Positions 54,347 to 64,000 of a stretch of 64,000 bases of DNA are shown one piece after another. The notes beneath the pieces were generated by a model. That model saw nothing but the letters and a program-made list of their open reading frames with translations, was not told the origin of the DNA and searched no databases. The stretch comes from Guillardia theta CCMP2712. Its lineage: Eukaryota > Protista > Cryptophyta. The stretch's first letter is position 1, and each line of letters starts with the position of its first letter. The stretch lies in the NCBI RefSeq assembly GCF_000315625.1, contig NW_005434660.1, forward strand, positions 482,711 through 546,710. Reading direction: 5' to 3'. The translations under genes and the position numbers were made by a program.

Positions 54347-54678
54347 CTAAACTCGCTTTCGTTTGTTCTTCTGCGTGCTATTTTCTGGCTCAACATCATT
54401 ATCAGATCCATCCCGTGCATTGAAAGCTTCACGGTCGTGCGGTTTGCTCAGGACAATTCGCAACGACATTGCAAGAAATCCAACAGCTTGAAAACCAAGG
54501 CATCATCCCATTTAGAGAGCAAGATCTGCTTAAGATTATTGCAATACTTGTGGTTTTTTAACCTTGCAACACAAGTTGTGCACAAAGGCACACCATGCCA
54601 CTTTCGAATGCTGGTCATCTCTCTTCGTCTGTGGCATGATGAGCATGTTTTTTTGGCTGGAGGCCTGGGCCTGCCCAT
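54347..54678 (-). CDS. Small C4 zinc-finger protein, copy 2
   Basis: Reverse-complement copy of 49398-49729 with a D>N change (CNDLK vs CNNLK). Confidence 0.5.
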
Positions 54679-55043
54679 GGTGTGGGGCAACTTAGCTTTG
54701 CCCGCCAAAACTTTGATTTGAATTTTCTCGTGACAACCTGCCATGGCATGCAGCACCCCCTAGATTCCCCGCCATAGCGCCCCGTCGTCACGGTGACGAG
54801 GAGGTCCGGCAGACTCAGGCTGCCAGTGGTCTGACCTACTTTCATAACATTGACGATCTCGTCTTGGTTATCGAGATGGTCTTGTGCGATGAATTCCTCG
54901 AACAGCGGCTGCACCTCCTCCTCCAGTCCCTCGCCGCCGCCGTGTGTCCCAGGCTGCCGCTGCTTGGCCATCAGCCTGGCATGGTCTACTGAGTACTGTA
55001 GAACTTCGGAATACTATAGGGGAAGGGCCCCATATCCTCACTC

Positions 55044-55111
55044 GTACTAGCCTTGTTTCCATGAGCCGCCGGCAAGTGTACTAGCCTTGTTTCCATGAGC
55101 CGCCGGCAAGT
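55044..55111 (+). repeat. 34-bp perfect tandem duplication
   Basis: gtactagccttgtttccatgagccgccggcaagt x2. Confidence 0.95.
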
Positions 55112-55710
55112 CACACTGCCGGCCGGGCCGGGCGCGGCTTACGGACGGTAGTACAGCTAACTTAACCGTGTCCGATCAGTGTGGGCCCTAGTACAGCTAA
55201 CCGTTGAACCGTGTCAGTCACAGTGTGGCGTGGGCCGGGCCGGGCCGGCCGGGCCCGCGCGCCGCCGTCATCGTCCGACTCAGGCAGCCGCTGATCCCGG
55301 TCCCGGGAATGGGTTTCCGAACTTCAAGTGACTCAGTGAAGTTGACTGTAGCAAGCTCACGGCGGCGGGCCGGCGGCGGCTGGAGTCACGGTCACAGGCC
55401 GCTGGGATCGGACCGTACCGGCCGGGCGGGCCGGGCCCGGCCGGCGGCGCACTGATCCGGCCGCGCGGGCCGGGGCACGGGCCCCGGCGGTCGCAAAACG
55501 TCCGAGCCAGGTTACCGTACTTAACTTTCAGTGCTCGGAGGAGCCAGCCGCTGACAGTGAGTCACTCAGCCCGGCCCGGCCTCGGCTCACCGCTGGACCG
55601 CGCCCGGGCCGGGCCTCGGTCCCCTCGGAGTCCCGAGTCCACTGGCGCATCTTTACTCAAAGTTAAGTTAAAGATCAGTACCCGGTTGCGCAGCATCAGT
55701 CCCGGGAAGT
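55112..55710. promoter_or_regulatory. GC-rich intergenic island
   Basis: GGCCG-rich, with TGACTCA at 55329 and TGAGTCA at 55558. Confidence 0.45.
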
Positions 55711-55955
55711 TTGTTGGTACACAATATGTAACAGGGTAGGGTGGTGTGGGTGGGGTAGGATGGTATTCACAGGGTAGGGTGATATGTGGAGGGTGTGGAG
55801 GCCTTGACAAATGTGGTACAGGTAGGGTAGGGGTAGTTGAATTCGACTGTTGAGTTCGCAATGTAAAGAAGGGGTAGGGTGGGAGGAGGTGGCTTGGAGC
55901 CGCCCATGGCCCAACTGCGCCTGCCTGTGCTGGCGGTGCCGAATAGAATTGGGGA

Positions 55956-56002
55956 AGGAGGAGGAGGAGGAGGAGGAGGAGGAGGAGGAGGAGGAGGAGG
56001 AG
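55956..56002 (+). repeat. (GGA)n microsatellite
   Basis: Directly visible, just upstream of the ATG at 56032. Confidence 0.95.
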
Positions 56003-56031
56003 GGAGTGGTTTTCACACGGAAAGACAAGTG

Positions 56032-57385
56032 ATGAGAAAGAATGGAAGGGGGAAAGAATGGTGGACCAAACCTGAGGACTCTGCGTACGTGCCGTTAACC
56101 AGCAGGCGCGACGCGCCCGAGCGATCAGTCTATGCATTGAGCTTCCAAGATCAGCTGAAGGGCAGATACAACTTTCAACATGAAGCAGTTCCTCGATATG
56201 GGCAGAATACGGCGTTCAAAACAAGTGAAGATCTAGAGAAGGCGATCAAGCCTACCAGTGAACAACGCTCGCACTTTCGAGGGGACACGGACAGATATGT
56301 CACAAGCTATGGATACGACAGTAGATACATCAATGCACAGGCACAGGCATGAACCATTCTCGCTGCTGAAGCTAAGTTCTGGATCATAACATTCACTTGC
56401 AGGGCGGGGATGTCTACCAAGACAGCGCGAAGGACAACAGTATTTTCCTGTCTAGGCAGCAAATCAGGCAGGACAGAGTAAGGAGGAACCAGGAGCGCGT
56501 CCTCAAGGTCTGTATTGCTCACATTGGTAAACCCTTCATGATCTTTTTTGCGCTTCAGGAGTACGAAATGAAAGAGGCTTTGGATCATGCAAGAAAGGAG
56601 CAGAAATTATTGAAAATAGTTGCCAACCGAGACTACTTTGAGTCGTCAAGTCAGGTATGCATACTCACTCTCTCATGTGCATGACTGAAAATTGCTGTCT
56701 CCAGGACTTGCACGCGTACAACCAAGATCCCAAGAAAAGGAGCACCTACGAAAAGATCAAATTTCACATCAGCCCTCATATCGAGCAGCAACGCTTAGCT
56801 CGGAGGCAGCAAGATAGTTTTGAACGAGAGCAAAGAGTTCGAATGGTAAGAAGGATACTTTTTTGTTTCATCTTGTGTTTGGTTTCAAGTGTGGTGTTGC
56901 TAACATTCACGCTACAGTCCGAAGAGAAGAAATGGGAGGAGGAATATTTTCGAACTGACGTTCATCAGAAACGGGTTGAAAGATACCACGAGTTTGCTAA
57001 CAATGTGAGGGAACTTTATTGGCATGCTGCAATTTTGCTAAATTTTAGCTTGCATTGCAGCTTGAAGAAAAGAGAATGGCAGAAGCTTCGAGGAGGATTG
57101 AGGTGGTGAACAAACAGAACGCGCGATATACGGATTTTGCCGAGAGGGTGGGTCCATGAAATGGTTGCTGGCTCTCTTGGCTTCTGAACTCGAACTAGCT
57201 TCGCAGTAAGGAGGCAGAAGATGACGCGATCCGACTTCAAAAGCTACAAAGACACAAAGTGCGATACGATCGATTCATCGAGCAGGTTGACTGTTACGCT
57301 TGCCAGTGTGACATTTGCCACGGCCACTGACCCCTGCTGTTCATCAGGAGTCAAAGTTTCGAGAACGATTTTGAAATGTGTTTGA
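56032..57385 (+). CDS. Hypothetical charged/coiled-coil protein, multi-exon
   Basis: MRKNGRGKEWWTKPEDSAY..., then successive in-phase exons with short introns (GGDVYQD..., EYEMKEALDH..., DLHAYNQDPKK..., SEEKKWEEEYF...). The 3' end is approximate. Confidence 0.65.
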
Positions 57386-57635
57386 GCTCTACTCTGATCC
57401 TGTCAACTTTACTTCCTCTTAAGATTTGCTTATGTTGCATCCATGTACGATTGAGTCAAATGTTATCATACGGTCCTTGTGTAACCTGGACGATTTCGAT
57501 AATTGTTAACAAGATTTAAAGTTCTTGACATAAAGAATGATTTAGATTTTCATTCAAATGTGTGTTTTCAACTATTACATTTACAGCTGCGCAATTTACA
57601 ACAGACGATGAGCCCCTGAGCTTTAAACAGCCTCT

Positions 57636-58174
57636 TCACCTCGATTGATTGGACAGCTCCCGATGCGACGCTTGCTCGGAGCTATTCGCAGGCGCCTCAG
57701 TGTCGTCAGAGTCGGCAAGGTACTTGATTTCCGGGTAGACAAACGAGTCCTTGCGGCAAAACTCATCCAGCAAGGAAATCATGCCGGACCTCCAGGCCTT
57801 GGCATCGAACTTCTGCATTTTGGTTTTACACTCCCTTTCAAGGCACTGCGGAGCAGTCAGATGGCCGCGAGACTGCTGGTGAGCGAGCACGAGAGAGCAA
57901 GCACCTTGAAGAAAGCTTGAGAGGTCAGGTTGCCATCGACAATCTCGGACAGCACGTCGAGGATCTCATCTTGGAGCTGCTCATCCCTCGCCACCTCATC
58001 TGCAAGGGCGGGAAGGGCCTCGGCCAGCAGCGCATTCAACGCCTTCCGTTGAACCTCAGATGTGCCTTTTGGGAACGGAGAGGATTGCGACAATGGCAGC
58101 TTTCGTTGCTGCAAGGAGACGACCCGTTCCCATACTTGCCGACGTCGACCTTCAAGGCCAGCTGCGTTGCTCAT
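57636..58174 (-). CDS. Hypothetical helical protein, two exons
   Basis: MSNAAGLEG...SQAFFK|CLERECKTKM...NQSR*, with a GT-AG intron at ~57848-57904. Confidence 0.65.
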
Positions 58175-58593
58175 GGCTGCAAGCGCGAGAAGCTAACACA
58201 GCAACAATCTCATCTTCTCCTCCTCTCAACCCTCACTACAGCTGCTTTCCCTTCTCCTCTCCTCTCCTCTCCTCTCCTCTCTCAATCTGTTCTCCTCATT
58301 CGCCTCTCTCAAGCGCAAACAAGCCTTCCTGTCGCCGCAGCCATTTCGCCCTCTAGTTACAAGCCTTGTACCCTACCCCGACTGACCGGTCAGTCTTCGA
58401 GATGTACCCCCTCATTAGTAACCTCACCATGTTCACAGCCAACCCCTACCCTATAAATTCATTATGTGCTGCTATCAAAGTCCCCATTCAAACAGTACCC
58501 CAACCCATCCAAGTTCATTACCCCACCTCGTTTCTCTGACCCACCCACCAACACCAAGTCACTCTAGCTAGGGTGGTGAGGGCGACGGCGGGA

Positions 58594-61500
58594 ATGCCAT
58601 GCGGGATCTGCGGAAGTGTCCGCCATGGCGACTGCATGGAGACCAGTGGGAAGAGTAGCAAGAAGAAGGAGAAGACATCGAAGAAGCCCGCCAAGCCTCT
58701 CAAGAAGATTGTGGTTCCCCAAGGATGCTCTCTCGCCGACATGTTGCGGCCTGTGAGGGAAGCGGTTCCCAACGCTACTGTCAGAATCCCAAGGAAGGTA
58801 ATAGACAGCGACTTCACCTGCGCGATCTGCATGAACATCATCAGCGAGACGACGATCATTACGGACTGTCTCCACCGCTTCTGTGCCGACTGCATCACAC
58901 AATGCTTGAGGCACAGCAAGCGAGAATGCCCTTCTTGCCGCACGCCAGTGGCCAGCCAGAGGAAGCTAGTGAGAGACGCGGACTTCGACACGATGATCTG
59001 TAAGATGTACAGAGACGTCTCTGAGCTGCGAGAGATCCAGGACGTCAAGGCGGCTGAATTCGCCTTCAGCGACAATATCAAAGTACTCTCAGAGGACCTC
59101 AAGGAGCGGCTGGAACAGCAGGAGCAGCTTGCAGCGGTGGGGGGCAGGAGCATCGAGGCAGATCCAACCGGTGACAAGAAAGGAAGAGGGAGGAAGAAGG
59201 CCAAGACCTCCCATGGGGACGATGACGGCAGTAGCGAGGACCAGATGCCGAGAATGGCCCCGGCGTTCATGTCGGAGAACGCTCAGCTCCGGCCGTCCTA
59301 CTTTGTGCGGCTGCAGGAGAACGAGTACCCGGGGGAAGCTCCTTCCAACTTCACGGAGCCGCCAGAGTGCGCTTGCTTCTACGTGGAAGGGACAGGAGGA
59401 TGCAAGGCCGACTGCGGGAACCGGAAGCTCCGGGTACAGTGCAACGCGGAGACTTGCCCTTGCGGGGAGAACTGTACCAACATCCTGTTCAGGGCCAACG
59501 TGAAGGGGCAGGTGGTGAAGCCGTTCCAGCGGGCCATCCGACTCGGCGTGTTCAACCACCCCAACAAGGGCTGGGCCCTCAAGACTCTGGAGGACGTGAG
59601 CAAGGGGCGGATGCTGGAGGAAGTCCTGGGAGAGGTGCTGACCCTTGCTGAATGTGCTTCACGGCTGCAAACGCCAAAGAGGAGGGCGGCAGCCAAGACG
59701 TCAGGCTCTCACTTCCTGATCTCCCTTGACAGGGAGCAGGTGGGAGAGGAGATGCTGTACCTAGACCTGACTGAGAAATCCTCGCTCTCGCGGTTCGCGA
59801 ATCATTCCTCTACCCCAAACTGCGAGTTGCAGATCTGGAATGTGTTTGGGGAGAAGCGAGTGGGGCTGTTTGCTCTTAAGGACATCAAGAAGGACTCGGA
59901 GATCACGCTTGACTACGGCGAAACTCACGTCGGAGACAAGGGCATCGAGAACCATTGTGATACACGGGGAAAGCAGCAGAAGGAAATTCCCTTTCGACAG
60001 TACGTGGAGGACGTGGTGGAGCTTGCAAGGCAGCGGGAGTGCAAGTTGGCGACTGATGAAGCTGTGATGGAGGTGCATCAGGAGGAGACTACGACGACTG
60101 CTCATAAGGACGCGAAGGATCTCGGACGAGCTGAGGAGTGCAAGGGCGAAACTGTTTCTGCCGCCGCTGCTGCTGTGGCTGCTGCTGCTGCTGATCAGGA
60201 CAAGTGCACTGCGAGCAAAGACCAGGAGTCTGAGTCCTCACAGCCTGTTGGGCTGCCCCAGCAGGAGAAGAGGGAGGCAGTTCAGAGCCTTGGGGTGAAA
60301 GGTGATGAGGAGAATGAGGCAGGCACAAAGAAGCGAAGATCTCGGTGGGACATGGGGAGGTCAGATGCCAGCAAGGAGAGCAACGAGACAGGAAGCGCCT
60401 TGGAAGTGGGTAAGGAAGAGAAGCCGTCCATGGGTAAGAGTAAGGAAGAGAAGCCGTCCATGGGTTTGCATGATGCTCTGCTCTCGATGAAGATCCCGAC
60501 GTCCTCCAGCACCACTTTTCACCATCCCATGAGTGAGCGCTCGACAAGCAGCTACCACAGGAGGCAGCCCACCAGGGGGCCCAGCAGGGATGAGGTGAGA
60601 GACGATTATCTGATAAGGGACGGGAAGGCCATGTCGCTGGCGGAGATCTTGAAGCACTGGGGGCTGGTCAACGATGACCAGGTCGAAGAGGCCTATGAAT
60701 ACTCGAGGACGCATGACCTGCCCTTGTCTGAGGCCTTTCAGAAGCGCTTCAACACCCCGGTGGAGCTGATTGAACGAGCCTTCCGACGGCGAGACGCCGC
60801 GATACGGCATCTCGACTCGCTGGAGCACCCGATGAGGAGCGGCCGGTCGGAGTCGAAGCCAGGGGGTCATGATGGTGAAGGGAGTGAGGCCCTTAAGGCA
60901 AAACTCGAAGAGATGCAGAGAAAGGTTGAAGCGCTTGAGAGAGAGAAGAAGCAGCAACAACTGCAACAACAACAACTGCAACAACAACAACAGCTGCAAC
61001 AACATGACCAGTATCAGCAATATCAGATGCATCAGCAACAGTACCTCACACAGCAATATCCGTATCCGCAGCATTATCAGCCGCCCCTTCCACCTCCTTC
61101 CCACTTCCCCACCCCCTCCCTCCCTCCTTCGTATCCCCCTGCTTCCCTCCCTCCCCCACAGCATCCTCCTCCTGTATATTCGATGAATGGCGTTCCTTCT
61201 GGAGATACACCCTCTGGCTGGGTAGGAGGCGACACAGTCAGTTCTGCGAGCTACTCCAACTACTACAATGCCTCTGAAGGGGGGCAGGAGGCGCCGTTGC
61301 CTGCTGCTACTCCCTTACCTGCGAATGTAAATACTCCAACCCCAGTGAGTTGTCAGTTGGCCTTCTTTCCTCCCCTTGACTTGTTCGTTGCCGTTGACTT
61401 GGGAGGCAGGATATCTCTTCAAGGCAGCATCAGTCTCTTGCTGAGCAAGGCACCACAGTTTCTGGCGGTATCACTTTACCTCAACTTCCCTCCTTCCCTC

Positions 61501-62381
61501 CTTGTCTCCCTCCCATTGCCCTTTCCCACCTCCGCCCCCACCTCCACCACCTCCACCACCTCTTCAACCCCCTTCCCCCCCCCCTCCTCCTTCTTCCCAT
61601 AGTCGAGATACATGCCGATTTCTCCACTCTCACTCCACGGCACTGAGTTTCTCCTGCAGATCCTCCCCCTGTAGGGCCGGCAAACGCGCAGACTCCTCAG
61701 TCACAGACTGCAGAGGGCACTGCTGCCTCCTCCCAGCTGGCAGCTGCCAACTCTGCTCACTCCTCCATCGACACAACAGACAGAGACCTCAAGGCAAGAA
61801 ACCCGAGCACAGCCAAGGTGAAAAGAGAGGAGGACGCGACCGAGCAAGCAGCTCTCGTTCTCAGACCCTCACGTGTCTTGTGCAGAGGTCTTCTTCCTCT
61901 CGCGGCGATCATGGTGCACGGAAGATGGAGGAGATCAAGACTGTCCTCGGGCCTATTGTTTGCAAGTGGCTGAGCTTCAAGAAGAAGGAGCCAGAGTGCA
62001 CGTTCCTGCTGTACGTCTCCTCTCTTTCTCTCCTTCCTCGCTCTCCGCTTGTTCTCATGTCCTGGCAACCGCAGGGATAAGGATGAGTTCAAGACGATTG
62101 CTCGGCGACTGGTACATGAGCTGCTCCCAGGATCAGGTCACAAGGTGAGACTCTCTCCTCCCCTCTCCCCCTTCCTTCCCTGTCTTGTCTCCCTCTCTTG
62201 TCTACCTGTCTTGTCTCCCTCTCTCTGGGCACTCGTGATGGTGCGATGTCAGCGATCGCTCGGGAGCGACTGCACAGTAGAAGCGCTGGAGCAGCCGAGG
62301 CTTCAGGCTCAGGTCAAGGAGCATGTCGACATCTTCATCAAGCGCCGCCGACAAGCCGCCAAGACTGAACCTGCGTCCTGA
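58594..62381 (+). CDS. RING1-like C3HC4 RING + AWS + SET (Set2/ASH1 class) + Q/P-rich + SRI-like fusion protein
   Basis: One uninterrupted ORF holds [41 protein letters not shown]...RDADFDTMICKMY, AWS (CAC...CKADCGNRKLRVQC...CPCGENCTN) and SET (KGWAL...GEV...RFANHSSTPNC...RVGLFALKDI...EITLDY). The last exons IVCKWLS...DKDEFKTIARRLVHE are SRI-like. Confidence 0.9.
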
Positions 62382-62526
62382 TCCCTAGAATACTCAAGGG
62401 AAGCAGTACCCCTCCCATACTATATCACCCTACCCCCCTTCTCTCTTCTTTGATAGTGAAAGATAATTGAAGGACCCCCTACAAAAATACCCCACCCCCT
62501 CTGTTGGACTCTGATTCGGAGGGAAA

Positions 62527-63412
62527 ATGCGTGCGTGGCGGATTTTGCTGATAGCGATGGTGGCGGCGGTGGCGATGGCGGGAGAGGATCATTTCGTAGA
62601 GGAAGCGACATCTGTGAAGTTCCCTCTGGACATCCCAGGAGAGAAGAGCTCGCTCGTCCTCCTCGGTGCGACCGTCAGGGTCAAGAAAATCCTCTTCGTG
62701 AATGTGCAGGTAACTTGGCCATCCGACATGGCGGCAGAGGAGGATGAGGCCATGGCTTGCAGGTGTATGCTGTCGGTGTCTACACGGAGCCAGGCGTCGT
62801 CGAAGAGCTGAAGGGAAAGGAGCCGAACGACATGTCGGGCAGAGGAGACGCGGCCTCGTGTTGGAAAACTGACACCCGTGCACAGGTACAAGTATCTCAT
62901 GGAGCATCCCGTCCAGTCGTCGCTCAGACTCACGATGGTGAGGAGCGTCACGGGGGATCAGATGGGAGGAGCCCTCAAGGAGGCCGTGCAGCCCCGCCTG
63001 AAGCTCTTCGCCAGGGACGAGGTAGGACGAGCCGGAAGGGAGATGGGGGCTAACTGGTGGGAGCAAGGCCTCGACTGCAGGAGACATGTCAGCCTTCGAG
63101 AAGCAATTTGACATGAGCTCGCTGGCAGCTGGGACTGTCTTGACATTCTCTCGTCTGCAGGCAAGTGAAGGAACACAGGAGGGAGGGAGGGGGCTCGCAT
63201 GACATGCTTGCAGAATGGAAATCTTGTGACTGAGATTGACGGGAAGGACAAAGGAGAGATACAATCAGAGGCCCTCTCAAGATCTCTGTTCAGGTTGCTA
63301 AGAAATGAGATGGAGGAGGAGGATGACGGCTGTTGTTGCTTGCAGCGTGTTTCTCGACAACGATTCAGTTGTGGAACGATCGAAGCTGCTTCAGCGCCTG
63401 CCGGTGTTGTAA
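62527..63412 (+). CDS. Chalcone isomerase-fold (fatty-acid-binding type) protein with signal peptide
   Basis: VEEATSVKFP...LVLLGATVRVKKILFVNVQ|VYAVGVY...LRLTMVRSVTGDQMGGALKEAVQPRL...GTVLTF...IDGKDKGEIQSEALSRSLF|SVFLD. Ends RLPVL*. Confidence 0.88.
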
Positions 63413-63529
63413 CAAGGGACTGGTGGGAAGCAAGAGATGGACGGAGTAAGATTCCATTGGAGCTAGGGACAGGAGGTAACTTTAAGGAGAGAACAAACTA
63501 CAACAGCACAAAGTGGTCGGCGTTGCTAA

Positions 63530-64000
63530 TCAGCAAACAGTTTCCGTCGAATCCTTGAAATATCTGAACCCTTGGCTTTCTGTGGGATCGGAGATAGTTA
63601 GAGAGCGCATGATGTCAACCATTCTCGTGCTCACATGATGCTGACGCTGATCTTTGTTTCTCTTCGCACTCTTACCATCATGGCGCGACTTCGGCTTCAC
63701 ACCTGCAGGGACGTCAGCGCCAGTAAGGTTGAGAAGCACGCTGGGGAACCTGCTGATGCTACTCTCTTCCATTCCTCATGCTTGGTCGCATTCTTGTCCA
63801 TCCACTCCCGCACATCCTCCTGCCGCGTCATGAGTCCTCCTCCAACAGGAGCTGCCGATCCTCCTCAACCTGGTTCCCATGCGCCGTCCACTTGTCAAAG
63901 AACCAACTCTCGATGTCCAAGTCCCTGGCGGCACGAGATCACAACCCATCAGTCGAGGCACAACCCTCACATCAGTCTTCCCGGATCCTCCAGGTCTATC
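63530..64000 (-). CDS. 3' part of a hypothetical gene entering from the right edge
   Basis: Coding-like segments (DLDIESWFFDKWTAHGNQ, EDVREWMDKNATKHEEWKRVAS) between GT-AG-like junctions. The structure is unresolved. Confidence 0.4.

Larger units (their letters stand above)
49231..54851. repeat. Large imperfect inverted repeat: left arm 49231-52177, spacer 52178-52565, right arm 52566-54851
   Basis: The arms are reverse complements (e.g. ORF pairs 49320-49628/54448-54756, 50269-50541/53708-53983, 51486-52148/52616-53413), with scattered substitutions and indels. The right arm contains an N gap. Confidence 0.95.

Noticed and set aside
49231-54851. Autonomous TIR DNA transposon interpretation of the palindrome
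   Set aside because: No transposase or integrase motifs and no target-site duplication seen. It is retained only as an inverted duplication.
55044-55210. 34-bp direct repeat resembling a CRISPR repeat
   Set aside because: Only two adjacent copies, no spacers, no cas genes, and a eukaryotic context.
37767-63412. Possible metabolic gene cluster (squalene synthase + chalcone-isomerase-fold protein)
   Set aside because: The genes are over 20 kb apart with unrelated genes between them and no shared pathway.

Overview
This is eukaryotic nuclear DNA from a gene-dense, intron-rich genome. Many GT-AG introns are about 45-60 nt, there are two 100-N scaffold gaps, and several proteins carry bipartite plastid-type presequences. 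The style suggests a complex-plastid alga such as a cryptophyte (Guillardia-like); that is inference and was not verified. About 20 protein genes are supportable: a multi-block LRR protein, an F-box/RNI-like LRR protein, a type II membrane collagen-DUF2135-pentraxin protein, a plastid shikimate-kinase-like pseudoenzyme, a FYRN/FYRC protein, a Dpy-30/GAF protein, Listerin (LTN1), a SHAQKYF Myb, a beta-helix protein, PHAF1/UPF0183, squalene synthase, a somatomedin-B/Cys-rich secreted protein, kinesin-14, a RING1-like RING + AWS-SET + SRI-like fusion, a chalcone-isomerase-fold protein and several hypotheticals. The most notable items are: (1) one polypeptide joining a Polycomb PRC1 RING1-type RING finger to a Set2/ASH1-type SET module with a degenerate post-SET zinc site; (2) a collectin-like collagen-pentraxin surface protein; (3) a ~5.6 kb imperfect palindrome carrying two copies of a small C4 zinc-finger gene; (4) ubiquitin-tail mimic motifs (LRLRGG/LRLAGG) after signal peptides in two genes; (5) recurrent GC-rich intergenic islands that each contain TGA(C/G)TCA. 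Gene coordinates span introns, and exon models were read by eye.
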